The notes under the pieces were generated by a model. It worked only from the letters and a program-made list of their open reading frames with translations. It searched no databases and had not been told where the DNA came from. Shown piece after piece: positions 50,365-62,960 of a DNA stretch of 64,000 nucleotides. Position 1 is the stretch's first letter; each line of letters begins with the position of its first letter. A program made the translations under genes and the position numbers. Source of the stretch: Phoronis australis (taxonomy: Eukaryota > Animalia > Phoronida); NCBI GenBank assembly GCA_002633005.1, contig NMRA01000014.1, positions 295,753 to 359,752 on the forward strand, given 5' to 3'.

Positions 50365-50845
50365 TACATGTATCTTATTTTTATTTGTCTAATCTGTTGA
50401 TACAGTAAATTTCCTTATTTATGCCCATTCTGTAACCGCGACTTCAGCTTTCTGGGTTCTACCATATTGGGGCTGTCATAGGGCCTCACGTGCATGGGCG
50501 CATCCAGCCTTCACAATGAGGGGCTCGAATTCCTGACGTTATTGAACTTTTGCTAACAAAAGAGCGGGCAGACCTTTGGGTGCGCGCATGACGTGGTGCT
50601 TACTCGAATGAGTTTCATTTTAGCGGCTATTTCCAATTGTGTAGGTGAAGTAAATTAACAAAGTGGATGATTATCATCACCGGTATTCTACCATTAGTAT
50701 TTTTCTCGGTTTCTCAAGTTTTCCGAGGCTAGTGATTGTCACATCTGTAAGGCAGACGTGTTCCAGTGAACTTCCATGTTTGTGGCGTTATTATACTTGA
50801 CCAAACTTTAAAAAAGAAGCCCGCGTTTAAACCAGGAACTGCATT
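50365..50845. repeat. Dispersed repeat shared with the foldback spacer (43845-44195)
   Basis: GTATCTTATT..AATCTGTTGATACAG..CCTTATTTATGCCCAT..TATCATCACC..TGTGGCGTTAT..TTTAAA.CAGGA.CTGCAT occurs in both. Confidence 0.75.
50493..50590. mobile_element. MITE, CATG ends, exact 5-bp TSD
   Basis: Flanked by ACGTG/ACGTG. Absent from the paralogous copy in the foldback spacer. Confidence 0.8.
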
Positions 50846-50868
50846 GGGTGCAATTTGTGTAGACGTTT

Positions 50869-51021
50869 CATGCGCGCACCCAGCCTCTAATATGGGGGGC
50901 TCGAATCTCTGGCAAAATAGACCTTTCGCTAACAAAAAAGCGTGAGAACTAAAATAAAAAATGGGGTACTGTGGTGGACTTTCATCTCTTTCTCTAGGAC
51001 TTTTCCTTGGGTGCGCGCATG
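50869..51021. mobile_element. MITE, CATGCGCGCACCCA...TGGGTGCGCGCATG, exact 5-bp TSD
   Basis: 14-bp perfect TIR. CGTTT/CGTTT flanks. Confidence 0.85.
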
Positions 51022-51040
51022 CGTTTGTCTACGTTGCTAA

Positions 51041-51300
51041 ACCACGGAGTATTAGTGGTTAAGGTGCTGGACTCGAATTATCTGTAGTTTCAGAAGTCAT
51101 GGGTTCAAATCCTGCCTCGCACAAAAAAATCACACCATGAGTTTACCACGTATCCGTGCTCGTTCTTCTAAGAACGCGGGAACACCTGACGATGGCCGGA
51201 GAAGAGACCGACCAAAACGTCGCGACATTGTATATAGACCAAGAGATTTTAATAATAGTTGTAAGGTTGAAGTAGCCGGTAACACTTGCAGTAGTCGTTA
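51041..51300 (+). mobile_element. tRNA-derived SINE-like head followed by a degenerate hammerhead-ribozyme motif
   Basis: A-box-like TAGTGGTTAAG (~51053), B-box GGTTCAAATCC (51102-51112), then CTGACGA-TGGCCGG-agaagaga-CCGACCA-AAACGTC (51186-51221). Confidence 0.55.
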
Positions 51301-54099
51301 AAGATGGAAACATTCACATTTGAAACAGTTTTAGTGGAATAGGCACAAGATTTTTGAGACCTTTTGACAGTATATAGTTTCCATGTTTTCAGGGTTTGTA
51401 CCCCACTAATGATAATAGTTTTTTTCTGAAGACTTTAACTTCAATGAGCCGGTTGCGTGTGATATATCCAGTGATATTTGAGTGTAATGCAAATTATCAG
51501 TTTGACAGAATTAGATCCAGACACAGACGGACATTTCTTCAGATCGTCCTCTGCGACATCACAGAACAAAAGAAGTATTTTTATTGTGAAAGATATCTAA
51601 AATTTTGCTTAAGGTTATGTAGGGCCATAGAAAAATTTCAAAATTTGGTTATAATGCGTGATTTTCTCATACGAAACTTCCAAATACTTTGCTTCATGCA
51701 TCATTCATTAAATGGCTCTTAGGAATTGTTTTTATTTGTTTTACATGTATCATATTTTGCATAATAGGATATCGACAACATGAATATGGTGATTTTCATT
51801 AAACATCTTAAAGTGCATGAACAAAAACGAAATAATGGGATCCAATAAATGGCAGATCGTTGAAAAGTACAAAATCAAATTGTACAAGTTTTCTACTTTC
51901 AGAAAATAAATACTTTTACTAAGTTAAAAATTTTGTAGATATTTGGCTACTTGTGTGGGCTTGTCAGCGAGATATTAATAGCCTTAAAAGTTCCAATTTA
52001 CACCAGAAAAAATACAAGGAAGTGTCTCTTAACTTTGATGTTTATTATAATAGAACATATTCCAAAAATATGGTTGAGAAATTTCATATGCACGATAACC
52101 CTGTTTACTAAGCGAAGTACACGGGAGTTCTCATTGGGATTGCGCTGACGTCAAAAACTAGTTTCAACAAGAATGAACAGTGACCTAGAGATAAAGACAG
52201 TATGCAATACCGTTCTTCTTCCAATTAAAGCCCATGGAACACAGGGCAGTAAATTTCAAGGAATTAGCGAGATATTGTTAGAATTAGCAGAGAAGTATAG
52301 TTTAATTTTGGTTACCACGACAACAAAAACAGATTACATATCGTCGGCTCTTACACCATACGGTGATGAATTCTCCAAGTTCTCTTTCCCGCTGCCAGCC
52401 CCCAATCCTCTAAATGCAAGATGGAACAAAGAACTAACAGAGATTATTTCAAAGACTGCAAATCCACGGAGTGTATTTAACCAGAAGGGTTGATTTTCAA
52501 GCACATAGACTAAGATCACAGTACCAGTGGATGATTTTGACCTTATCACTGGCCCAGGTCGATCAAAGCCCTTGTTTGCACAGCTGTCTCAGAAACCTGG
52601 AAAAAGCATAACTGACATAAAGAACACTGCATGGGTTTTTTCAAAAATGAAGAAATTCAACAAAGCCATGCCTTTTTTACCTTGCTACATCACCGTGAAA
52701 AAATCGAGATGACAAATATGACCAAAAAGTGCGATTTTAGCCAAATTTTACCGAAAATCACAAATTCACAAATGTCCCGGTGATAAAAAACATCATGCGA
52801 ATGCTCTTTCACTCAAAATTGAAGAACTTTGGTATAAAATATGTCATTAAGAAACAGATTATTGACAACTGCCACTTACTTGAAGGGTACCAGGATTCGC
52901 ACCAAGAATTCAAGACCTTGCAAGGCTGTGCTTTCAAAATGGCTGCACTTCCGCATCCTAGTAGACAAGAGCACTTGCAAAATTTATGAACTAGTTTACT
53001 CAAAAACAACTCTAAAGAACTACTGACTACCATTTGTGGCAATCACTTCCAATTTAGTCCACAAAACTGCCGCCAAACCCGACCCACCCCATTTTATTTG
53101 GGAGTTACAAGGGCCTGTATCGTGCAGGACTTAGACCCATGTTCGTGGGAGAATCTTTTTCAGCATAAGCATATATTTCGTAAAGTGTGGTAACTTCGGA
53201 GTGAAGGACTTTGGACGCTGGTTTACCCGAGTTACGGTCTAATATGTTCAAAACAATCACCCAGTTCAGCCGACAGAGAAAGGAGCATATACGTAAGTGT
53301 ATTTGCTGGAATTACATGAGAAAAAGTTTTAGGCAGACCGATTATGACTGATGTACAAAATGTCAGGTAATACCAGACCTGTGCATGAATGTACTTATCG
53401 TCGTCTTCGTCGAGATTGCCTTATTAAGGGTGTTGCTTGTGCTGCTCTGATTTTAGGACCTGACGGGCGACTTGTAAGAACGGTCTGCACAAAAGTACGT
53501 TAGTCATTGAATTCATGTGATTTTACATACATGTAAACATCAGTGAACGCCTGATTCTAAAGCAAACACTCTGCTCGTGTACGCAGGCATACAGAGGCGA
53601 TGGTACACACCGAGGACCTAAAGTCGTGAACGTAATCATTTAGCCGGTTTATTGACGTACCCACCGATCTTTTTCAGTAACTAATTGTGTGGTGTAGTAA
53701 ACATGATTAAATCCTCACAAATGCTCAACTGTACTCACAGTTAAAACACGTTTTCAATCCATAGACAGTTTTTGCAAGACTTATGAAAACGCCGGTCATT
53801 TTCTTTGAGGCCCTAAACAAGGATTGCAGAATATGTACACTTCTTGCCCTAAAGCCGTGACCATGCGACCCTCTTTCTTGTAGACGGGAAAACATAATAA
53901 GGCCAACCAAAATTGTGATTTTTAAATTTTAGTTAAGAAAAAAGATCATTTGTAGTTGTTAATAATCAAGTTTTAATTAGACCAGTTAACATGAAATAAC
54001 CAGCATAGTTCATTCAACCATTTCGTGGTTTCTGAACCTGACTGTTGTTGCTGTTATTCTCTCCACATGCCTTGATAGTCACCTTTGACATTTTATCAC

Positions 54100-54480
54100 C
54101 TGTTTCTTTGTTATCTCTTGCGCCTTTTTGCGACCTGTGCCTTCGTTCTTTTCTTTTACTTTTCCAGCGTTTCTGCATTCTCTGTCAGCACATTACAAGA
54201 CAAACTTGCAGAACGGCTTGAACGTACTTGGTCACTTGGCAATGGCCTCTTTGCTTCTGTGCACCTTTCCAACCGTTTATTGAACAAAATCAGTTTCTAC
54301 CTCATTTCCACCAGAAGTCAACAAGAACGCTGTGGAAGGAGTTATCTTTTCAGGGGGGTAATGGTGTTGTCAAACGGGTATATTCCGGACTTTTGGAAAG
54401 CCGATCGAAGATTTCCAGGCGACAGCGCTTTGCTTGCCATGAAACAAAGTATCGGTTTTGATAACAAGCTCTCAACACAG
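54100..54480 (-). pseudogene. pogo/DDE_1 transposase C-terminal relic
   Basis: SKALSPGNLRSAFQKSGIYPFDNTIT (N..S.F.K.GI.P motif) followed by a K/R-rich stretch. Confidence 0.6.
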
Positions 54481-56883
54481 TATTTTGTTTCGCATCATGG
54501 ACAGCTACGTGTCCAGGTACTCTTTTAAAAATCGTAAGCCGAAGAACGCTGGAAACTTCAACGTTAGATGTCGCGCGACCTCACAGAAGCGGAAACGAGA
54601 TGATTCACGACTTTAGGGGATTGCCGACTTCTGGGCCTAGGTTGGTACATTTTCATAAAAAGTTAATCATTTCAAAATGCATCAAATAAAGTCGAATGAA
54701 ACACGCATGTATGCAAACGGAGTTATAATTAACACCACGTGACTCTGGATACAATTTAGTCATTGTAACTTACATTAACATACCATGAAAATATCGCGGT
54801 TTGCTCAAGTTTCTCTCACCGGGTGCCATTGTGAAGAAGTTACGTGAAATCACGCCTGTTGACAAACAAAAATCCAAGTAACACAAATCTTACAAATTTC
54901 ACCTAAAATCTTCCCATGCTATTTTGCAAGTGTAACGCGCAAGGTCGCGCGCTTCGCTCAGTCTCACGCGCTAGCCTTTCCCACCATCACGTGACTCAGT
55001 TGAAATACTCTGTGGGTATCGCTCGCTCGGTGAAAAGTGGACTTGGAATTCTTCGCCAAAGTCAAAAACAAGTCGTAGCTATGCTTCATCGAAGATAAGT
55101 GTAGAAGCATAATGGATCACTGAAGAAAGTAAGTACTTTTTAAGTGATAGTTTTAAAGTCCTGGTATCACACGTTGTTAACCCTTATTACATGGTTAGAG
55201 GATGTTATAAGGATCCAAGAAGTACTTACCCCATAACTAATACACGATCCGTGCTCGAAAAAAGTTAAAATGAACGCACCACTCACGATTCGCACCCGAA
55301 GAACCACAGCCATTTTGAACTTACCGCGAACCCGGAAGTACAATTCATTCAGGAACCCAGGCTAAGAAAAAGCCGTCAGTTTAAATGGACGAGTGCCTGT
55401 TACCAGCCTGCAAATGGGGATAAAATAATCTAGAGCGCGTCTTCATTTTAATAAAATTAAAATACCGACGATTTTATCGAATTTGTTGAAGAATGTGGCG
55501 AATAAATTTTGACAGAAATTATTTTGCCGGACTCGGGACCGCAGCCTATAGGACCTGGTGCGGATCGAGACCAGACACTGGCGAACGGTAATGGCATGCG
55601 GTTGCAAGCTGTTTTGTCGAATTTCAAATCATAAATTCCGTATACATCCAAAGGTAGTTTCAGACACTTGCATAAAATTACGGGCTGGTCATACTGCCGC
55701 GGCAGCCCTTAGCTAGCCTCAGTGCCAGCTACCAGTACTACAGCTTGTTAGTAGGTCTATACAGCTTTGCGTCAGGGCTACCCTTAGGCCTACCTGGTCT
55801 CTGGACACAGCGCTCGCTCAAACGAGGTTTATTTAGAGCTCGGGTTCTTCTGGCGAACTGTGCAAAGTTGTTGGCTTTCAACAGAGATTTTCCCAGACCT
55901 TGTATGAGAGCACCAAGCCTAAAAAATGGGGGCTGGAATTTTGGGAATGCCTATCTTTTACTATAAGATTCACTAGGTATATTCAGAGCTATGAATTGCA
56001 GACGCTAAATTTTGATACGTTCTGTCCTCTAGTGGAATATTGTCTCGATTGTTTCAATTTTTGCTGAGTAGAATGCACTACCTTTCCGACGATAACAAAG
56101 TACTTATTAAAAACGAGAATAAAAATCAAAACGAAAAAAGTTGGTTCGACCCTTATTGGTTCCTAGGTTCGACCGCCCTATGTAAGGAACTAAACACTAA
56201 TGCTATTTTAACATAATAAGTACGCGTAACATTCCAAAAAATCCATCGAGAACAAACTACAAACTACAAATACACTACATGTGCAAACGAGATATAGCTA
56301 ATGAAACAAAATAATGAAGACTTTTCGAACAAGTGATAGTACATTCAGTTACAAGGAAAAATGGCGGTGTTCAGGACAAGTTTGGTAGTAATCATATCGA
56401 ACAGAAAATCACCGGAAGTCGACCCCTTGTCGATCGACATCCCTCATTACAGTAAAATGGGGTGAAGTTGGTAGAAAAACTGGATTCTACTTAATGTGGT
56501 CGTGCTTCGGCCATGAGGCACTTGGCGAAAACAAATGCCGTGTGTAGCAGAGGGCGTTAGTTGTTCCTTTTGTCGACTGCTACACATGCTTGGCTCCGAC
56601 ATTTTTCACGTGAATACCATCATTTCATTTCAAATCCATTAAAACGCATTACTTTCATGTCGTAAGCATAATTCCGAATAGAGTGAGCAAGGCTGTTTCT
56701 GTGCGCCAGTTGCAGTAGCCATCACTGATCACATCACCAGCATGACGATTGTTCTAAATTTTCGAAGTCGAGGTGAAATTGGCATAACAGAGCTGCCAAC
56801 TTTGCCCGACGCCACGCCAAATTTAACCCCCCCCCCCAATATGTGCTCTGTGCCCAAATAAAGCTATTTTAACCACTTTCAGC

Positions 56884-57325
56884 ATGCCTCAGACATATAT
56901 AAAATTAACGACTTTTTCAAGTACTACCCGGAATATCTAAGAAATGTAATTATCTGCAGTTGAAGGTGGAGCACGTCAAGCTGAGGCAGCGAAAATGTTT
57001 AAGGTCCCGAGGGGGGGCCTACAAAATCGCCTAAAGGGAGACCACATGGAATGTCACAGGGGGCCAGAAGGTGTTGTCGGACACTGAAGAAAATTCAATC
57101 GCAGTGATGGCTGATTGGGGTTTCCCCGTGGACAATTTGGATTTACGCTTGATGGTGAACGCCTTTCTAGAAAAAAAATGGTCACAAAGTGGAACGGTTC
57201 AAACAAAACTTCCGTGGGAATGAATGCGTTCGCAGTTTCCAGAAAAAAATATGCAAACCGTTGCAAGCAGAACATGTCAAAACATTAATCGTGCCAAAGC
57301 AAAAGTTTGTCTCGAAACACATAGC
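56884..57325 (+). pseudogene. pogo-like transposase N-terminus (psq HTH + CENP-B-type HTH), frameshifted
   Basis: MPQTYIK../AVEGGARQAEAAKMFKVPRGGLQNRLKG../GGQKVLSDTEE..MADWGFPVDNLDLRLMVNAFLEK../RFKQN..RTCQNINRAKA. Confidence 0.8.
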
Positions 57326-58216
57326 ATAAATGAATTATTACAGAAACAATTGAAAACAGTATTAATTTATGCAAACACAAACGCACACACACACAGCCAC
57401 GAAAATACAGGTAGTTTTTTTTTAGTTAAGTAAACACGCCTCTTAGTAGGGCCTAAATTGTCAATTGCAGATCAAACACTCTGAAACAAAAAATAACTTC
57501 TTTCCGAAAAATACTGTAACACGATTTTAATACCCAAAAATCTCTTGTGAAATTTTTCTACCATTTAATTTGATAGGTTGTCGAAAGTGGGTTATACTGT
57601 AGCTGAAAATATGTCAGAGGAGAGACTATTCCCTGTATTCAGCCAGGGCCATGGGTCAGTGAGTATAAAGAATGAATAATGTAAATGTATGGCTTGGTTG
57701 TTAACTTTGTCTGGAAATCGCTCAAGAATCTTGGGTTTGATACTTACAACACTCGATCAAAACGGAAATTCACAGTGCACACTCTCGCGACTAGTCTCGG
57801 TTTTGCAAGCTCTAATAATAGAATACATTGGTCACATGGTGGAGTTGGCATTCCGGGGCTAGAGTTCTATGTCAAAATACCAGTTGGTTAGGCCGCACGC
57901 TATTTTCTTCGCAGAAGTGTACTTACGGAAAATAAAATCAGTAGAGTCTCAATTCCAAGCTTTTATCGAGCAAGACTATGCGCGACGTCTTGTTAGGATG
58001 ATTTCCATATAGATGCTTGCATAGGTCGACTTTTTCACTTGCTAAAGTTCATGTCCCGACTTTCATCGCGTCTACTTTGTAGTCAACCCCAGCACAGCTG
58101 CACTTTCCACCTATGCAAGCAAACTCATCCTCGTCTACGTCTACTTCTGCCTCTTTGAAACCATTTTACAATGCATATGTAATTAGAACAAAGATGAACG
58201 ACGGAGACGAAAGCAA

Positions 58217-59750
58217 TAACAAGGGCAACGGGGAGCGCTGAAATGCGCTCACGAATGCATCGCTAACGGGGGTGCATATTTGTATCATAAAAATTGCCCC
58301 TAGATGGCAAAATACATCAAATCCAACCGAAAATGGGAACATGCTATCGCTTCTTTAACAGAAAGCAATTTACCGAATTTCATAGAAATCTGTCAAGGAA
58401 CTTTAGAGAGGCAAAGGAAAAAAGAAAAAAAAAACTGCTGCTAAGGTGCACAACGTTCGCCAGATTCGTCCTCGTCCGTTGTCAACTTCATATAAATACA
58501 CTTGCTAAATTTAATAAAGATCCTGCCGTAGGTTTAGGAGATAGAGCTGTGAGCGCAAAAAATGCCACTAGGAGGCGCCACAGCAGTCTCAGTCGTCGGA
58601 AAATCATCGCCAACCATCCTTTTCACACTAAGAACATATATGCCAATTTTCCCCACCATCCTCAGAATGGTTTGGTTAATAGATGAGCGGACTCCAAAAC
58701 AGTAAAAATGGCCATTAGGTGGGCAAAATACATCGATTCCATCCGAACACTGGAGGACAGTGTCATCTCACCAATAGTTGCCTATATTCCAAATTTTATG
58801 AAAATTCGTTAAAAAACAATTGTAGGTGGTATGATACACGTTGTACCAGACGTGCGCAGGCCTTGCATGTGGGCCCATTGCATTGATCACCAAGAACTAT
58901 TTTTATGCTTTATTAATATATGCTTAAAACCGAGCTGAGGAGCTAGAAACCTGGCTCAAAGGTTTAGCAGTGTGACCTGGTGGGACTCGAACCCACGACC
59001 TCGAGTAAAGAAAACCGGCACTTATCAACCAGGCCACACTGCCTCCTCCTGAAAATCCGTTTTTTTGGGGGGGAGGTATAAAACTAAAATTCCCATTAGG
59101 GAGCACACCGGTAGTCAGATCCATCCAAAATTCGTCGTCGTTCATTGTCAAATTTAGTAACGATCCTGCATAGTGTTAAGGAGATACAGCTATGGGCGCA
59201 AAAAACAAAACTGCCACTAGGAGGTGCAATAGTAGTCGAAGTCGGGTCGGTCCATAACTCGTCGACTTCTGTCGTCAATCCTACAGGAACACACCTGCCA
59301 AATTCCAATAAGATGATGTGTAGTGTTTTTAAGGAGATACAGCCATGGGTGCAAAAATGCCACAAGGAGGCGCCACACTATTCGAAGTCTTCGTAAAATC
59401 GTCGTCGTCCGTCCTCTTCATAGTAAGAACGTACATGCCAATTTTCACAGTCATTCTTAGTGTAGTTTGGTTGATAGAGGGGCGGGCGCCGAAAACAGAC
59501 TCGAAAACAGTAAAAGTGGCCTCTAGCTAGCGCAAAAGACATTGAATCAATTCGAAAATGGGAGGAGAACGTCATCTCATTAATAGATGCTTTTGTGCCA
59601 AATTTCATGAAAATCAGTTGAGGACCTTTGGAGATACAGACGCAAACGTAAGAATTAAAATTGCCAATAGGGGGCACAGCGGTATTCGGGTCAGTCCGAA
59701 ACTCGTCACCCTCTGTTGTCACATGCGTAGGTGGGCGCATAAAAATAAAT
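58217..59750 (+). mobile_element. Family-C Helentron/HINE-like copy interrupted by a SINE
   Basis: Starts AACAAGGGCAACGGGGAGCGCTGAAATGCGCTCACG and ends GTGGGCGCATAAAAATAA. Same sub-repeats as the other copies. Confidence 0.65.
58845..59048 (-). mobile_element. tRNA-derived SINE
   Basis: Minus strand GGAGGCAGTGTGGCCTGGTTG..GTGGGTTCGAGTCCCACC (A/B boxes). Body matches ~44205-44305 and ~32807-32850. Confidence 0.75.
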
Positions 59751-61799
59751 AACTCTCCAAATGTCCTCGCAAATTTCAGCCATGTGATGTTGCGCAAAAA
59801 TACCTTACAATAAGCAGATGTGAGGTAGCGCTATACATGTACGTATTTCGCGAATCGTCTACACACATCTAAATTGCACTTTCCCAGGGCAATTTCATAA
59901 CAAACTTTGTTTTGTTTGATCATTTCAAAACATTTCTTAAAAGCTGGAAGAGGCACCAATGCTGCAATGAACCCGTTCATTTTGGAAGCATTTTTCGATT
60001 TAAAATTGGCCTCAAATTGCTCCTTACTGAAGAATAATTTCCGGGCTATGGAAGAGCTGGCAGTTTGGTAGTGCTTGGGACAATGTTTGTCACTCAAAAT
60101 GACACGTAGTTACCAGCCAACTAGTATCGAGCTTGATTTCAAGCAGTAATGAACTGGTAGTCTTTCCGTGCAGTCTTTTAATTTAATTCCGAACGTTAAG
60201 GCTGGTTCAAATAACAATACATTAAATGTGTTCATCATTTACAAAAACTCTCAAACCAGTTTTACAACTTGTAGCTGACATGGAGACATGTACTGCTATA
60301 CTTTTTATCTCTGTTAGTTGGATAACAATTGAGCTTCCCAGACATCAACGTATCTGTATTATAGACCAATCTACAATGTACTTATTTTCTGCCTATTTTA
60401 CGTGCTCTTCCTCATTTTACTTGTTATGTAACATAAGTTCATACACTCAAATATCAAAACCTGAATAATTCGGGTCATCGATGAAACGTGTGACGGATTT
60501 GTAGAGTTTGATTAGGAACATTATAATACAAACATTGCGGTTTCGGGAAGAATTCAATACCTCGAAATATTAATTGGAAGAAAACGATCTCATTGATACC
60601 CTTTTAGAAAATACCGTCTCAAACCAAGTCTCGTGCGAACGTTTCGAACGGTCAAGACTGCTCGCTTTTGTCGAGGAAAATGTGACACTATACATGTACA
60701 TGCGCTCAAGTGCAAAATACTGAAGTAAACAGTTTTTTTAAAATTTATTATTTCGGGTATAGGCAACTGGGCTTAAACACGCTCACGCACGGTTTTAGAT
60801 TTGTCTTTAAAATCAAACTTATCTGCTTCAATTCGCTCATCTTTGCTTTCCAAGTGTTTGTGGCAAAGCGTGGCAAATTATGCCTGACACCTCGGTCTCC
60901 AATTAAAATTTGCTAATTTTGACCCTGCCCATTGATGAAGTACACGGGACTTGCCGCTTGGACATTTAATCTTCTACAAAATCGGGAGTTCAGAGAAATC
61001 TCGTGGAGCCCAATTTAGCACACATTTTTCAAACCAACACTTTACCTTTGGTAGTTGTAATGACCAGTGAAGCAAAAGTTAGCCTTGTCTGCTTTTAATC
61101 ACGAAATGGATCGATTGGCGTTCTGCGCCGAACAACTCTTTTGACAACAATCCTCACAAGTCCTGATGGTTCTATGTTTAATCTACGAATCGACTGCAAA
61201 TTACGACAAGGACACCTCTCTTCCAATGTTGATTCTCTACAAAAAGACTTAATCTGTCCCTTAGAAGCTACACAAATCTACAGAAGGTGTTTTTATATTA
61301 TCTGTTTATAAAATTTTGGCTGCAAAGGTAATGATTTGTAACAACATGGCAATGTTCATGTACTGTTCCAGGCTTATTGGATTATCATTCAGATGTCTAA
61401 GAAGGTTGATGGAATTGACCTTGAAAAGTGTGGTGTTTCAGCAACAGTACCGTACGAAAGGGGACTTTTCAAGAAAACTCTTTACAAATAGGTAACCGTA
61501 ATCCGAGCGTGCTGAGTATATCAATTTTCCGGATGTACTCTAGATAAAAAATGTAGTCGAGTCCCCCGGTGTTTGAATTTGTTAGGATCTACGAAGGTGT
61601 CTATGTTGCGGAGGCGCCGCTCGCGTTTCTAAAAGTCACATTTAGTAAGTGAGTCCTGAACGGTAGGAGAACATTTCAAGCGCACTTTCACCTGACAATT
61701 AACATTCTGGTATGATGAGATATTCATTATTTAAAAAGTTGCCAAACTTTATGTCCCACATTTTGTATTAGAAAAGGTTGATGAAATGACTTTGCATAA

Positions 61800-61945
61800 T
61801 TGTTTACCAATAGACGGCTCTGTAAACAACAGCACAAGCCAATCACAGTTAGACAGGGCACTAGACTATTACAGCAGAAACAAGGCGGCTCTATTCTGGC
61901 TCATGATTGATCTGAAAAATGACGTCGTAACTTAGCAACGGAGAC
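61800..61945 (+). promoter_or_regulatory. Possible regulatory cluster upstream of the SLC16 exon
   Basis: CCAAT at ~61807 and ~61839, CRE-like TGACGTC at 61920-61926, RFX X-box-like GTAACTTAGCAAC at 61927-61939. Motif matches only. Confidence 0.3.
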
Positions 61946-62619
61946 TGGTCCTTCCAACAAGGCACAGATTTACCCGTCATCACAGAAACTCTATTTTACT
62001 TTGAATTCCGTGTTGATGTCCGTTGGGTAACGGCAACACAATTAATCTCACTGTCCGCATATACTGCTCTGATGTGAAGCGACACCTACGCATATCGGGT
62101 AGTCAACTCACGTGACTTTACAAGAAGGGAGGTCAATACAGCTTAGACGACCAGGTTGCATTTTCGGCTGGCACGAAGCCGAGTGCGCGCTAAAGGCTGG
62201 GTGAGGCTGGCACGTACAGTTGTAAGGTGACCAGTAAATAAATATTGACAGACTGTTAACTGTCTGAGAAACTCATTTTGGTACTTGCTGTAGATATCTA
62301 ACTCGGGTAGTAGAAAAAGCTTAACGTGCTTCAACAGCAAAGTTTAAAGAAACGGTTAAGCCTATGTTACAATATTGACAGCCATCGATTGGGATTTTTT
62401 TACAGAGAGCTCGGACCTACCTTCTGATACAGTTCACTGCAACATTACACGAACTATGTATCTTTAACTCGTGAACTTGTTCAAAAGGTGCACATATGAA
62501 TGAAATGGGAGTTGTTAAAGAAACAGTTTTTTAAAACCGTGTGTGCTTCAGGAGATTTGAAAAGCTCCTACAACTCAGGGACCACTGACTAGTGGGATCA
62601 TATAGCTCATTGCCCATTG

Positions 62620-62960
62620 TCTAATGTGATTCTACTGCTCAGAACCCACTCACTAATATCCTCCTACAGGTCAAGGCCCATTTACTAATTTGCTCCTGCA
62701 GATCAGAGCTCACTAACTACATGTAATGTGCTCCTAGAGCTCAGATCTCACCAACTAATGCGCTCCTACAGATCACAAACCACCAACTAATGTGTTCCTA
62801 CATCTCAAGACACACTGATTAATGTGCTCCTACAGCTCGGAGCCCTCTCGCTCATACACTCTTTTAGAACTGGGCCTACACAACAATGTGCTCCTACAGC
62901 TCAGAGTCCACTCACTAATTTCCTCATACATCTCTGGGCCTACTAACTAATTTAATGTCA
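62620..62960. repeat. Degenerate minisatellite (~33-bp unit)
   Basis: Repeats of ACTAATGTGCTCCTACAGCTCAGAGCCCACTC-like units. Confidence 0.8.

Noticed and set aside
51041-51122. Functional tRNA gene (also 58968-59048)
   Set aside because: Boxes are present but acceptor stems do not pair well and the heads run into repeat bodies. Treated as SINE heads.
51396-53042. Several 60-108-aa ORFs
   Set aside because: AT-rich, no domain signatures, mostly non-ATG starts. Probably non-coding or repeat-derived.
58294-59797. ORFs of 80-139 aa (also 28326-29021 and 48126-48618)
   Set aside because: They lie within family-C repeats and frames differ between copies.
60460-60500. Second hammerhead-like motif (CTGAATA..GAAACG)
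   Set aside because: The core deviates from CTGANGA and stem II is unconvincing.
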